From the NCBI GenBank assembly GCA_051362555.1, contig CM120643.1:5270001-5334000 (forward strand): a stretch of 64,000 nt of DNA, given 5' to 3'. The translations under genes and the position numbers were made by a program. Source of the stretch: Lingula anatina. Lineage: Eukaryota > Animalia > Brachiopoda. Below the pieces are notes generated by a model. That model did no database searches, was not told where the DNA came from, and saw nothing but the letters and a program-made list of their open reading frames with translations. Below, in pieces: positions 53,301-63,500 of this stretch (the stretch's first letter is position 1; every line of letters begins with the position of its first letter).

Positions 53301-54889
53301 AGGGATGCCCTTTACTAATTAGAAATATAAATATTCATAAAAGTTTCAAAATTGGAAAAAGGATACCCAAAACAAACAAAAAAAAGATATAATTTTAACT
53401 TTAACCATGTGAAATACAGTTTTAGCTTTACTACCCAGTAGGTGTGGTGTTAACAAATGTGTTAGATGAAAATAATGTGTATATGCACTGGTAACCAGAA
53501 TATAAACAGACACTTGTAGTTGACAGAAAAATTTTAAACTTTATCACCATAGGTACATTGTTTATAGATGTCAATGAATCCATAGACTGTTTCTTGGAAT
53601 TTCTTTGTTTAATGACTGTATATGTGCCATCTTTAATGTCTAGTTCCAAAAATTAAATCCCAGTAAGTGTAATGAACAGTGTTTTCCATGGTTTTCAGTA
53701 AATGTACCCAAGTTGCATGTACTGTATGCAGGCAGAATATACAAATTTTAAATATGATTTACTTCAGTAAACTTTAAAAAAATAATGTAGTTCCATTAAG
53801 CTACAAAGATTATCATATCAGACAGGGCAGAATGTGAATCTTTAATATCTTTGTTGCCATTTGTTTGTGCTGCTCATTCATGTACTATTTCCACCTGTTT
53901 GCCTTCTTCCTCAGGTGGTGAATGAGAGCGAGGATGCTGTGTACTGTTTGAAGCATGCATTACCACATGTACAGAAGAAAAAGAATCTCAAGGCATGTAA
54001 AGTCATGTTCAGATGCACAGAAGTGAGTATGCATGCCTTAATTGTTCAAAATGTTTTGAATCGTATATGTTTAAAATTGGTTGGGCTCATGGTTATTTAA
54101 CAGGCTTAGTTTTACATGCTATCAAGACAGTATGAAAGGGAATTACTTGTAAATTATTTAAAGCATTGAAATGTAAATGTTAGAACAGTTTTATAATAAA
54201 TGGTACAGTACATAAGCCCAACATTATTTATATCATGCATTGGAATAAATCATGTTTACACCAGGCCTTTCAACAGGTTGAGAAATCTTCAGATTAAAAA
54301 GAAAACCTTGAGATTTGGTCAAAAACCAAGGAGACATAGTTTACCTTCCCTGGTTATAAAAAAGGCAAAATATTAAGACAGGTTGGCATAATGCAAGACA
54401 ATGAAATAAGCTTAAGTCATACTTCCTCATTGAAAATTTTGAAGATGAAGGCTTCCAAAGTCTTCATGGAAGGTGCTCAAACCCCTTGTTAGAGCCTGCT
54501 GTTGTTTCTCACATTGGCAATACAGTTATTTACTCAGACATTCACTTTCAATGTTTTCTTGAGAAAAACTGAACAATCTGTGGAATCTAGGTTAAATTCA
54601 TCAGAGTTGGAAGGCCAGTTCCATGCATGAAAGTCTGATCTACAACTGGCTGTTTTGAAGTATAATTCCTTATACAGCTCCACAGTTTGTTAGGCTTTTT
54701 TCAATGTGACTCTTGGAGAACAAGTAGATTTTAGTTATATGATTGTTATTCCTTTTTGTAGCAAAGAAATATTTTGTTTTTCAGAAGGAACTCCAAAGTG
54801 TAATAGACAACACCAGGGATCGCATAGAAGCACTCAGTAATACCTCGACATCATCCAGGAAACGCCAAGCAAAAGTTAAAGTTTGCTGA
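1..54889 (+). CDS. JARID2: JARID2 (protein Jumonji), PRC2 cofactor; whole gene span, 5' end outside window, 21 coding exons in window
   Basis: Phase-compatible GT-AG exon chain gives one open frame of 5391 nt including the stop. Domain order is JmjN, ARID, JmjC, Zn finger. Peptides such as [41 protein letters not shown] and LLEAGLHS closely match vertebrate JARID2 as recalled. Linkage of the exons before 14555 rests on splice phase only. Confidence 0.92.
132..186. repeat. (TA)n microsatellite
   Basis: Perfect TA run. Confidence 0.98.
478..820. repeat. 34-bp minisatellite, about 10 copies
   Basis: Unit gagcagtgactagggagaatgttgactggtgtct at 554, 588, 622, 656, 690, 724, with degenerate flanking copies. 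Confidence 0.95.
1088..1417 (+). CDS. JARID2: putative JARID2 N-terminal Ser/Thr-rich exon
   Basis: tttacag| acceptor and AGT|gtgagc donor, phase 0/0, within ORF 1019-1429. Confidence 0.6.
1658..3652 (+). CDS. JARID2: putative JARID2 giant exon (665 codons; acidic, Ser/Cys-rich, no recognisable domain)
   Basis: ttttttcag| acceptor in frame with the 646-aa ORF; AAG|gtagtt donor; phase 0/0. Confidence 0.65.
4912..5085 (+). CDS. JARID2: putative JARID2 Pro-rich exon (PRDTPPRR...KKYE)
   Basis: ttatcag| acceptor, GAG|gtactg donor, phase 0/0, GC-richer than flanks. Confidence 0.7.
5242..9800 (+). mobile_element. nested cluster of HINE/Helentron-like non-autonomous elements with ~158-bp internal tandem repeats
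   Basis: Heads consist of a T-run, the hairpin TATGTACAGACACA-ga-TGTGTCTGTACATA and a GTC/GCC microsatellite, at ~5250, 5469, 6393 (partial), 6960 and 7177. Repeat units start at 7345, 7503, 7662. Block 5740-6360 recurs at about 8320-8940. Confidence 0.75.
10150..10281 (+). CDS. JARID2: putative JARID2 basic exon (SKKVMTRS...TYHK)
   Basis: cctttcag| acceptor, AAG|gtgagg donor, phase 0/0. Confidence 0.7.
11332..12205 (+). CDS. JARID2: JARID2 Lys-rich exon ending in AT-hook-like KRGRP
   Basis: ttctctag| acceptor, ACTG|gtaaga donor, phase 0/1, matching the JmjN exon; overlaps the 269-aa ORF. Confidence 0.8.
12575..12800 (+). repeat. dispersed repeat fragment, second copy at ~40575-40790
   Basis: Shared collinear acaccaattttcaatggacc...gcctgaca...aactacacc...gagttatcc...ttccaggcact. 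Confidence 0.75.
13225..13570 (+). mobile_element. degenerate copy of the same HINE-like family
   Basis: gtgtacaaacacagatgtgtcagtacata head and acagaactgatgaatattcataaaatactggtcaagtttgaaaatca. Confidence 0.65.
14113..14221. repeat. (ATT)n microsatellite grading into T-rich tract
   Basis: Direct reading. Confidence 0.95.
14555..14751 (+). CDS. JARID2: JARID2 JmjN exon
   Basis: [36 protein letters not shown] fits the JmjN consensus; ttttgtag| and AAG|gtaata; phase 1/0. Confidence 0.93.
14987..15885. mobile_element. PIF/Harbinger-type (Tourist-like) MITE, 899 bp
   Basis: Imperfect ~33-bp TIRs (AGCCACGGTTACAACCGG.. / ..CCGGTTGTGACCAAGGCT); TTA on both sides (14984-86, 15886-88); CpG-rich interior without a transposase. 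Confidence 0.8.
16075..16261. mobile_element. small fold-back element, probable old MITE
   Basis: ~55-bp imperfect inverted arms (gatcgacctaactccctgggg..attgctgtca / tgacagcaat..ccccaggaggatagatcgatc); no clear TSD. Confidence 0.55.
16461..16531 (+). CDS. JARID2: JARID2 exon ([24 protein letters not shown])
   Basis: atttcag| and CG|gtaagt; phase 0/2; JARID2-typical peptide; not in the ORF track. Confidence 0.93.
17398..17528. repeat. 27-bp minisatellite, about 5 copies
   Basis: gaatactagtagaaatacagtagtaga units at 17401, 17428, 17455, 17482, 17509. Confidence 0.95.
18421..18502 (+). CDS. JARID2: JARID2 ARID exon 1 ([19 protein letters not shown]...)
   Basis: attacag| and AAC|gtatgt; phase 2/0. 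Confidence 0.93.
18663..19297. mobile_element. TTAA-targeting non-autonomous DNA transposon (Kolobok-like), 635 bp
   Basis: TTAA|AGCAATAATAACTCTTC ... GAAGAGTTATTATGACT|TTAA (15/17 TIR match); AG termini; CpG-rich interior. Confidence 0.75.
20043..20168 (+). CDS. JARID2: JARID2 ARID exon 2 ([11 protein letters not shown]...FGGMQTV...LNIPRM)
   Basis: ttaacag| and ATG|gtatga; phase 0/0; ARID LDL and GG motifs. Confidence 0.93.
20551..20703 (+). CDS. JARID2: JARID2 ARID exon 3 ([20 protein letters not shown]...DCVLK)
   Basis: gttctag| and AAG|gtgaat; phase 0/0; ARID YxxYLxxYD helix. Confidence 0.93.
21560..22292. mobile_element. non-autonomous DNA transposon with ~140-bp TIRs and 5-bp TSD, 733 bp; superfamily unassigned
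   Basis: CAGGTCTCATAAA... / ...TTTATGAGGCCTG; arms ~21560-21701 and ~22152-22292; TTAGT at 21555-59 and 22293-97. Confidence 0.88.
23918..24013 (+). CDS. JARID2: JARID2 exon ([15 protein letters not shown]...EQVE)
   Basis: ctttcag| and GAG|gtaggg; phase 0/0; pre-JmjC helix. Confidence 0.92.
24892..24929. repeat. (CT)n microsatellite
   Basis: Direct reading. Confidence 0.92.
25020..25540 (+). mobile_element. degenerate copy of the same HINE-like family
   Basis: tttttgtgtacagacac head, acagaactgatgaatat and gactttgaactcccatgggc segments shared with the 5.2-9.8 kb cluster. Confidence 0.65.
26355..26425. repeat. compound (CT)n(CA)n microsatellite
   Basis: Direct reading. Confidence 0.95.
29313..31125 (+). 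mobile_element. near-complete HINE/Helentron-like element with 3-4 units of the ~158-bp repeat
   Basis: Perfect hairpin head at 29317; units at 29491, 29651, 29809, 29967; tail similar to about 8850-9570. Confidence 0.75.
36576..37709 (-). CDS. class A (rhodopsin-like) GPCR, 377 aa, intronless CDS; peptide-receptor-like (FMRFamide/sex-peptide receptor-like group)
   Basis: Seven hydrophobic segments; TM1 GN, TM2 MAFAD, TM3 ERF plus YPL, TM6 AWP, TM7 NNCINFYLY, helix 8 FR; N-terminal NVT and NTT sequons. Confidence 0.93.
   Translation of the reverse strand: MVDKTSPFQVAMTEHHHGNVTTRVTDDLYTVGGQILSNTTELPTEGWFTQCWLSLGDCWCNLMYGLTVFGGIGNVFTVVVILWNKVLRRKSTFIFLMFMAFADQGILINQSLACVANKHGFFLNCSFEIFLLWFNDLLSYLCIIFVVAIAVERFILIFYPLKGMIFCKRKMAYRASFICVLLLAGWTSIRIPQIEECKLLSPEEMKVISGIIFYVFAITSNLMSLGVLIISALIVHKLRNQRNIQENLGASSTMDTARTNGLFIATSLAFVFLAWPLYFCDMILAYYFIKKQDAPHLWPIREIFYCISKLNNCINFYLYAISGKIFRSALRKLFNCFFKQNHNNSKSVVSYHHHPPLIFARSSYSKTMCSGDNGCED
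39566..39573 (-). promoter_or_regulatory. candidate TATA box for the nested GPCR
   Basis: TATATAAA on the minus strand, upstream of a perfect CAG|GTAAGT donor (39042/39041) and a T-run CAG acceptor (38065). Inference only. Confidence 0.3.
40575..40790 (+). repeat. dispersed repeat fragment, similar to 12575-12800
   Basis: Same collinear motifs as the 12.6-kb copy. Confidence 0.75.
41288..41353. repeat. compound (CT)n(CA)n microsatellite
   Basis: Direct reading. Confidence 0.95.
44840..45354 (-). mobile_element. 5'-truncated Penelope-like retroelement relic (GIY-YIG endonuclease plus 3' flank)
   Basis: [44 protein letters not shown], in-frame stop at 45085-87, then [18 protein letters not shown] in the same frame. 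Confidence 0.88.
44842..44892 (-). ncRNA. candidate minimal type I hammerhead ribozyme
   Basis: Minus strand GUGACCA-A-GUCUGU-loop-ACAGAC-GAAA-CA-GUC, located just 3' of the Penelope ORF. Confidence 0.55.
46222..46340 (+). CDS. JARID2: JARID2 exon ([19 protein letters not shown]...WGSGFP...)
   Basis: cttttag| and AG|gtaatt; phase 0/2; EYW and GSGFP motifs continue directly from the 24013 exon. Confidence 0.93.
47724..47794 (+). CDS. JARID2: JARID2 JmjC exon ([20 protein letters not shown])
   Basis: tttgcag| and A|gtgagt; phase 2/1. Confidence 0.93.
48300..48414 (+). CDS. JARID2: JARID2 JmjC core exon ([38 protein letters not shown])
   Basis: cttgtag| and TG|gtaggt; phase 1/2; WSRD replaces the KDM5 WHxE iron-binding motif. 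Confidence 0.95.
48807..48915 (+). CDS. JARID2: JARID2 JmjC exon ([11 protein letters not shown]...EDTVM)
   Basis: atttag| and ATG|gtgagt; phase 2/0. Confidence 0.93.
49052..49234 (+). CDS. JARID2: JARID2 JmjC exon (ISPRLL...[17 protein letters not shown]...[12 protein letters not shown])
   Basis: tttccag| and GGT|gtaagt; phase 0/0. Confidence 0.95.
50131..50255 (+). CDS. JARID2: JARID2 post-JmjC helical exon ([17 protein letters not shown]...)
   Basis: gttacag| and AT|gtaagt; phase 0/2. Confidence 0.88.
50652..50826 (+). CDS. JARID2: JARID2 exon with start of Zn finger ([11 protein letters not shown]...[12 protein letters not shown])
   Basis: gtttag| and ATG|gtaagt; phase 2/0. Confidence 0.93.
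52037..52071. repeat. compound (CA)n(TA)n microsatellite
   Basis: Direct reading. Confidence 0.93.
53915..54022 (+). CDS. JARID2: JARID2 Zn finger exon ([19 protein letters not shown]...)
   Basis: tcctcag| and GAA|gtgagt; phase 0/0. Confidence 0.93.
54785..54889 (+). CDS. JARID2: JARID2 last coding exon ([15 protein letters not shown]...KVC*)
   Basis: tttttcag| acceptor (NAGNAG cagaag), TGA at 54887-54889. Confidence 0.85.
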   Translation, partial: KELQSVIDNTRDRIEALSNTSTSSRKRQAKVKVC

Positions 54890-55081
54890 TAGGTTATGCA
54901 TATAGTGAAAGATTCTTACAACATACAGTGAACACACCATATGTAATTTTGCTGATAGGTTATGCATATAGTGAAAGATTCTTACAACATACAGTGAACA
55001 CACCATATGTAATTTTGCTGATAGGTTATGCATATAGTGAAAGATTCTTACAACATACAGTGAACACACCATATGTAATTT
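54882..55081. repeat. three perfect 66-bp tandem repeats overlapping the JARID2 stop codon
   Basis: tttgctgataggttatgcatatagtgaaagattcttacaacatacagtgaacacaccatatgtaat at 54882, 54948, 55014. Confidence 0.97.
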
Positions 55082-58000
55082 TGGAACAATGATGGACAAG
55101 AACTTTAAAAAAATATAAGAAACATAACAGGAACAGTTAATAAGCTTTCAGACATACATATATTCTTAGTAGTTTATGGAAATAGTCTCTTGATTTTGTT
55201 TTCAACAAGGCATCTTCTACACAAGTACAGCTCTGCAAATAAGATGTAATACTGGTGCATTGTATATCACCATTGTGGAGGTCTTGGTCATGGAAGTGCC
55301 AATTGTGGAGTATGGATGACGAGACTGAACAGGAATTTTTCATGTGTCATCAACCTGTGTCATGTTTGAGAACTGGTGTGAGTGGAGGATGCTGGGTTCA
55401 GAATGGCATCCCTTCCACCAGGCTTATGTCCTATGCAAGATTGAAGCCTAACCACTGTACCAAACTGCCACAATTTCCCTATAAGTAGATTAGTTTATAT
55501 TGCCATAGTTAATATGAATACCTGAAAACATAATTTGGTGGGTTAGTTGTTGCATGCATTTTCTGATAATTTTGTCAGTTTGTTTGTTTTTTTTTTTTAA
55601 ATTAACTCTGATGGTTATTTATGTGAAACATGTTTTGTCAAGCAAATAGAACCCTGCTCTTGTTCTGCTCAATTTTGAAGTTTTAGGTTAAATATTTTTA
55701 TTATCTAATGTGCATGCCCAGCGAGTTCCTGCCCACTGTTTAGTTTAGTACTTAGCTAGTTGGCTGTTCATTTCAAGAACTGAATTGTTACATGCATCTT
55801 CAGTTGGGATCCATAAAACAGCAGAATGATACTCTTGAACATCAAGGTATTTGCCTTTGAAGAATACAGTACATTACCAGCTACCCCTGTAGTAAGCATA
55901 GACATGGAATGACGGGGATGTAGTCAAACTGGATGTTTGAAATAATGGAAACCAAAACGAAAATGCCCAAGATATTCAGGTACTTTGGAGTTTGACAAGA
56001 TAATTTTTTGTGGAATCAGTTTTCTTTTCTTTTATTAAAATAACTAAACTTATATTTTCTAAAGAGAAGTGTAAAAGACTTATATTAAATCGTCTTTTCC
56101 TATGAACTATGCTGTTTTATGTTTAGGTAATTGTTTCATTGGGTATACCTTGCTTTGATAATAATTAACATGAGGTCAGCTGCAGTAAAGTTAATTGATA
56201 GGAAATTGTAGGTTTTCATGAGCAGGATTTGTTAAATTTCAGTTTGAAAAATATTTTTGAAATGTTATAGCGAAGGACTTGCTATAATACATACGTATAT
56301 CAATAGTTTTGTTTTCTGTGCCATTTTTACACTGAAGCACCATGTTAAATAAATTTTTGTTTTAACAGACTTTAAAACTGAAAGAAAATTAGTTTAGGTG
56401 GTATTTCCTTTTCCATGTTTTTTTAGGTTTTGATTTCATTTTAAAAAATACCATAGTTCAATTGTTTTGGTAAAATTTCTCTGAGTCCCATTTGTTTTTA
56501 AGTTCTTTTTGGACAGGCACAGTGTGTCTGGAAATACAACTATCACTGCATCTGTCAGCACTTTCCTGGAATTTTTATTCATGTACACTATAAAAAAGGA
56601 AAAAAAGTGTTCCAGAATTACAGGAATGATTCACAGGACTTGCTACAGCTTCAGTCTATTAAATTTATTGTGGAGAAAATACAACATCAGTCTATTAAAT
56701 TTGTTGCGGAGAAAATAAGTTTGGCAAGTGAGAAAATTTCGCAATTGCCAGCCAGAAAACTTTAATACAGTGAAATCAATGGCTATTTTCATCTGTTTTG
56801 AGGTTGCAGCAGGTTGTCAATAAAGACATTTATCTGTATTATTTTTTCTTTAGACTTCATTGTTGTAATATTGTCATTCTTTTCAGTTCCTTTTTTGCAG
56901 TGTATCATTAACACCCAACAGTTTGCAGCAATTGTATTCAGTTTATAGAATATGTTCAACATTCTACTTAAATCAACTACAGGACAACTTTATGTTTACT
57001 TATGTTGATTGAAATCTTTTAGATGCAGAATATATCTTACTGCAGCACTGTCAAATTAGTTGTGTGGATAAAATGTAGTGACATAGCTGAATAAAATGTG
57101 CAGTTAAGTTGTTTATACAGTATATTTTCTTTCACAATACAGTCACAACAGACACGTATTTTTAACATGAAATAAAACTACAAAAATGTAAAGCAACTCA
57201 CACTGTTGAACTATTTTCACTAAACGTCAAAAATCCTCAACTGTTACACTGTATTCCAACCAATGTGGCCCAGCCTTGGCAAGAACTAGCTAGATGCCCT
57301 TCTGCAACCAAAAATATTATCTTTCAAGTTTCCTTTGTGTTATGTCAGCATTTTTCGTTACTATGTCAACCTCCCCCCCCCAGCCACTTGCTACCGTTAC
57401 ATTTTATTCAACTAAGTGCAACCCAGCCACTGGGGCCGTCTTTGGCAAGAGCTAGATACATGCCCTTCAATAAGTGAAAATGGTCTTATTACTTTCCTTA
57501 AATCTATAGTAACCTTTTGTTAAAATATAACTTAAGCTCAACTTAAGTCACAAGAGTCTTAGGATTTTTTTTTAAATTGTAAAACTCAGAGAACCTTGGG
57601 ACACAGACCATGTAGTAGAAAAAACTACGGTATTGCAACTTGAATGGTGAAATTCAAATACATACAAATTATGATAAAGTTTTCTATATATTACCAGTAT
57701 ACACATTTGCATGTATAAACAATACCATAGTGTCATATGTTCAACGTGACTGGATACTGCATCTCTGCTCTGTGCTGAGTGATTGCTATCCACTTCACTG
57801 CTTTATCACATCTCTTTTTTTGAACAACAGATAGAAACATTTATTTATCTGTACTGCTAATATTATTTTGCTGAGACACCAATATATGGTAAAGATGGAA
57901 TTCCTGATATTTAACAGGTCTATGTTTCAGTTCAGCACATTGCAGTATACATACTATTCTACGTCATAAACAAACGGGACATTCTCCTCAGAAGTTATCT

Positions 58001-59734
58001 GTTGTAAATAAGACAAAGTAGAATTGGGTAAATACTACAATAAATGCTCGGAGGAACTTAAAAGAGCAAATCCTCATTTTTTTATGAGCAAACTATGTAC
58101 TATCAGCATTAAAAATTGTTAATGCACCAATAATAAAACAAGCTTGGCAATTTGTAATTATGTCAGGTAAGGTTGTTTTCAGGAGATTGTTTCTCAAACT
58201 ACCCTGACCTTAAAATGGCTATAGCCAATTTAAAAAATAAATAAATAAATAAGAGACACAACACTGCACATTGAGAGTTTAAGGGAGAAAAATAAATGTT
58301 TACATGATGAAATCATTGCAAGTTATCATGTAATTGAAATGGATAAAACGGTGCAGTGTACAGCTTTTTTTACTTTTTAAAAATATGGTTTAAATGTTAG
58401 AATGAGAATATTTACTACTGCATAAAAGCTATTGAATGCCCCTAGCTCGACCCACTTGAAAGCATGTGTCAAGATTTAATTGCTCTGCCCCCGCTGAAAT
58501 GGTGCCCGTGGGGGGCTGAGAAGCCATTACATACTTGTTGTGAGATTACGCAGCTTGCTTTCTAGTGTGCGCCCTATTTGTTCCACAGGCTGTTTAGTCT
58601 GTAGATCAACTGGTTGTGAATGTTCTCTAAAACATATTCCAATCTTTAGGAGTCAAGATTAAAGCTGCATATTAACCAAGTACATATGTCAAGTTATTGC
58701 TGATAACCCTGAACAATAGCACCATAGATTTTCAAATAGTAGAGCTGAAAAATGAAAGTTTCATTACCTATCTTTAAAATGACAACCGAACAATTTTTTC
58801 TGGTTTCTGTGTATTACAGACTGAAAGAAAAAAGCAGCTGATAGATCATATTAGAAGGTGCCATTTTAAAGCTTTTTAGCTGCCTGAGTGATAACTTTTG
58901 GTTTTTTGGCATGTTGACTTTATTTGTTATGTAAGAAAATGGTACTGATAATATGTTACAGGGCATTTGCTCTTTCTCTTACTTTATCTTTAACTATCAG
59001 TAACAGATTAAAATATTAATGAAAAACATTTTGAGATTATCCTAGTAAAGCTATTTTCATTTTGATATAAATAATTTTAAGGTATCCTAGCTGAGATTAC
59101 TGATAAATAGAATTTTTCTTTAAAAAATTCTCCATATTGCAAAACATTGCTCAACAAATTGCTACAAGCTTCAAAAGAAAAATACTGATATCAGGTACTT
59201 TTATTTTAGGGGTTTTAATTTTTTTAGGGTCAGAACTGAGAAAGACAGATATGCAGGATATGTAGACATCAAAAAAATATGACTTTGGGGCAATATCAAA
59301 CACAGATAGAAAACCATTAAATATCTAAATTGAAATTCATGGCATTGGGCACTGTTAAATATTTCTTGTTTGACAAGCCAACTTTGTTGCTGGTAACTAA
59401 CATAAATAATCTTTCAAATTACCTTATGGACTTCAATTCAAAATTTATCCTTGTACAAGCTAAGTGATTTTCCCTTGTAACAAACCAAATAATTTCTTCT
59501 TCACTAACTGCTTGCTGAAGCATGTCAATGCAGTCTGGCAACCCGCCCAATTTCATATTCACTAATTACCTGCATTAATGTATATTCCTTGCTGGCAAAT
59601 GGCTCAAAGATTCTTAATCTCTAATGACCAATGGAAGGAGTTCTTCCTTTATACACTAGTATATATTTTTGAAAAATTGCTAATAAACATTTAAAATATC
59701 ATTTTCAGCGTAAAGAAGCAATTACATTTCCTAC

Positions 59735-60558
59735 TCAGTTTGCAGTTTCTTGGCTCCACATTAAATTGTGTAAAAAAGCATTGGGAATTTTGACACTAGT
59801 TAGTTGCATTCCTCTTTGACCGGGTGGATGATTCAGAATCACACCTCTCCAGCTATCTGTCCTATGGTCATAAGCTCGAGCAAAGTGATAAACCCCACCA
59901 ACATCCAATTCACCACACACCAAGATCTCATCTTGAAAAGAAACAGCACCATCTACATGTGAAACCTCAGACATGGTGCACATTCCTGATCTGGCAGAGG
60001 GCATCACGGTCCAGTTCTGCAGTTCCCTGGGAAATACTTCTGTGTCACAAAATCTCATGGCTGCTCCATTGTGTGATGCACCTGGGCATGCAAGTCGACG
60101 TAAGCCTCCAAATACATATACACTGCCCTTGTGTCCTACAGCTCGAGCATCAAAACGTCGCTCTTTCATGGGAGGTACTGAGTACCAAGTTTCACATTTG
60201 GGATCATAACATTCTACAGCTTCGTAAAGTTTACCCATAATCCCCCCTCCTAGGACGTAAATTTTTTTATCTAGCACAGCAAAAGCTGACCATGCTCGTT
60301 TAAGGTTCATACCAGACACTGTTCTCCATTTATTTGTGTATATGTTATACTCTTCCACACTGGTCAGTGGATCTGACATATCATTGCTGCCTCCTAAAGC
60401 ATAAATATGATCATCAATGGCAGTCAGGCCAAAGCCCACTCTGGCATGAGACATGGGGGCTATACTTGTCCACTGGTTGTTGTGTGGACAATAACGTTCA
60501 CCGGTGTTTACAATATGGCCACTGGCATCTCGCCCCCCTATGGCATAAATGTAGCCAC
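59735..60558 (-). CDS. GAN: GAN last exon, Kelch repeats
   Basis: TTTTCCAG| acceptor, phase 1; repeated GG..Y..W Kelch motifs; TGA at 59737-59735. Confidence 0.93.
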
Positions 60559-63500
60559 CTGGAAAACGAACTTGTTGATCAACAGTCAGACTTTGTGTTT
60601 GCAACAGTAAGTATTTACTTTAATTAACACCTGTTTGCTTAACCCCAGATAACTTGCTTAGAACTTATAATAAACAACTACTTATCACCAGAAAGGCAAA
60701 CAGATATATGTTATGAGTGAAATAAAGGGAACAATAAAAAGTGCAGAAAATAATTATCTGGCCCATCCTTACCTGCGCTGACCACACTATGGCCAGCCCT
60801 GGGTGCCAGGAGTGGCTTCAGAGGTATCCAACTGACCCTGTGTCCTGTCTGGGTCTGAGAGCTGTTTGGTGGTACTACACAAGTCACTGTAGCCTTCACT
60901 TCCACCACGGGATCATTCCTACAATTTAAGTCACATGAAACTTTAGAAATTTTGAAATAATTTCCTATTTTTCTATCTCTGTCCTGTATTATGTGTCTGT
61001 ACAAACTAAAAATAACCTCCTAAACATGCCCCTTAAAAATACAATTTACTGATCCAAATGTTTATTTTCCTGAGCTCCATGTTACATACCCTTCAACAGG
61101 CCCCTCCCCACCAACAGCAACTAAGACCTCAGAGTATCCTCTCCTCATCCACTCTGGTCGCTCCTCCCTGCTTCTCTGTAGGAACATCTCCAGCTGGGCC
61201 TCCTTCACCAGCCTGTTCCCCAGCACATGGTCCTGGAAATAGGCATCAGGCAGGGCCCCTATCCTCAAACAAGATGACAGGAGGATTTTCAAGTTTGACA
61301 GACGTTCACTTTCTTGGCCACACCATCTAATGATGCAGTCAAATATGGTCTCTTCATTGACTGAATTGATGGAATCTCGTTGCAGCAATTTCATAGTTTT
61401 CTCTGCAGACAGTTGGAGAAACTCTTCACCATCGATTATTTGACTAAAATAAGGATAAAATTTTGAAGTTCAATTAATTACTTTATGAGCAACTCCTTTG
61501 TGGGACTGTCAGTAGCTAATTGATCTTTTCAATGATGGAAAATGTTTTTTATAAATAATATACTTTTTAAATCATAATTTCTTATAATTAGAACAGTAAA
61601 AGCACCACAAATACTATACAGATATATTGTTTTTGTGATTATAAAATGATATTGATAATTTTTGCCCTTTGCAAGAATGAATAATAGCCGTAATCTGCAA
61701 GTTAGTGGTTGTTAGTACACCAGTCCTTTGGACTAAATATAATGAACTGTGAGTTGATTAAGATGGCTGAAGGGCTTATGAATTTCTTTGTAAAATTATA
61801 GCTTGGACTCCATGAAATTTTGTAGGAAATTACAGGTGATAATTTGGGGCAGCCTGTTTCCCCAATCAAGGTAAAGTCGAAGGAGTGGAAGGAAACTTTT
61901 TGACGTGATTATGGTATTCCATGGAGTGGTGGAAACATAACATAAATTGTATGAAATTGATTTAAAAAAAAAAAACAACTGTGGATGTTTTGTGTTGCTT
62001 TTGCTTATTCTAAGAACAATATGTCAATAAAAAAAACATTTACCATTTGCAAACTTGGTCATCCTATCATTTATGTGTTATCTTCTTCGCTTTCATAGTA
62101 TCTAGCCCAAGCAACTGTTACAGTTCCTCATATAAATTAACTCACTGAGTGATAGCCAATAAATATTTTGTTAGTTCTTCCTATCAATAATCTATAGCAA
62201 AACTTATTAAATGATATGCTTAATTTAATGCTGTGAAATAGTTTGTCATGTTTTGTATATTGTAGTGTATAACCAATGCTGTACAACATTATAAATCAGA
62301 TCCAACATGTATGTTGTGTTCTTGTTTATTTATAACCTTTTGATTTTGCATTCGGCAACTTTTGTGATAAAGATTTTAAGGTTAGCATAAATAATAATAA
62401 TGATATAATTACAGCAACATCTGAGTACCATTACATAAAGTATTTGTACTTTATTTAATTTTTTCCTTTGCCCTTTCCTGGTCAGAATACCCAAAAGGCC
62501 TCCCTGTAAACTGAGTAAATTTTAAATAGTTCTATTTTCAATTATTTTTAACCAATCATCTCAAAATTTGACAATTTAATGCAGGGCAGTCATAGCAGAC
62601 AGCCTGAAATTCAATACTCTTCATTCAATGCTACCGGTAACTGTTTTTAAAAAGTGAAGATGACTTTCATGACAGAAATTTGGATGAAACTTTGCACCAA
62701 AAATGATATTTGTATTATTATTATTATTTTTTTTTTTTTTTTTTTTTTGTTAGATTGATTTTTTAATTGAAAAACCATTATTCCTTCTAAATTTTTTTGC
62801 ATTATGTCTTCAGTGAATACCAATGGGACTCCATGAAAATTTACGTCAAAGGTAATAATTTAGAAAAAGAAAAATTAGGCAAAATTGAGAAATACAGTAG
62901 TGGTATTACAACTAATTGTAACAGTGAAAATTTCAAGCCATATCAATGAAAAATATAGATATTACCATTCTATTGCAGAATGGCAATTTTGCAGATTGGC
63001 AATATAATGGTAATATAGATATTACCATTATATTGCCATTCTGCAAAATTAATTATTCATCAATTAATTAATGGATCATGAACGGAATTGGTGGTCGTAT
63101 CGGGGTATCAGTACAACAATAAAAAAATTTTAAAAAAGGAAAAAATCATCACCAAAAAAAAAAAAAAAAAAAATCAAACAATTTCTTCCTTTGTTCATTT
63201 CTGACCTATCCTGAAAATTGCATGAAATTGGCCATTTGTGAGGACTGAGATATCCTAAACATTTAACTATAAATTAATGGAATATCGCCAAAACCTAATC
63301 ACTTCTTTCTTAGCTCATTTGTGACCTATCCAGTGAATTTCATCAAAATCTATACATAATTGATTATTCAATTAACTAATTTAAAATTAATTAATCAATA
63401 TCACCAAAATTTGTTCGTCAGGTGCAGGCACCCCGTACAATGATTCACAAAAAATTGGAACTATGATTTCTGTGTTCTGCGCCAGAAAGAGTACATAAAC

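Noticed and set aside
54851-55099. Repetitive ORFs on both strands
   Set aside because: By-product of the 66-bp tandem repeat in the 3' UTR.
56651-56717. Two-copy 36-bp direct repeat in the putative JARID2 3' UTR
   Set aside because: Ordinary small duplication with no further structure.
59824-61330. Plus-strand ORFs opposite GAN exons, and likewise minus-strand ORFs opposite JARID2 exons
   Set aside because: Antisense shadows of real coding sequence with no independent features.
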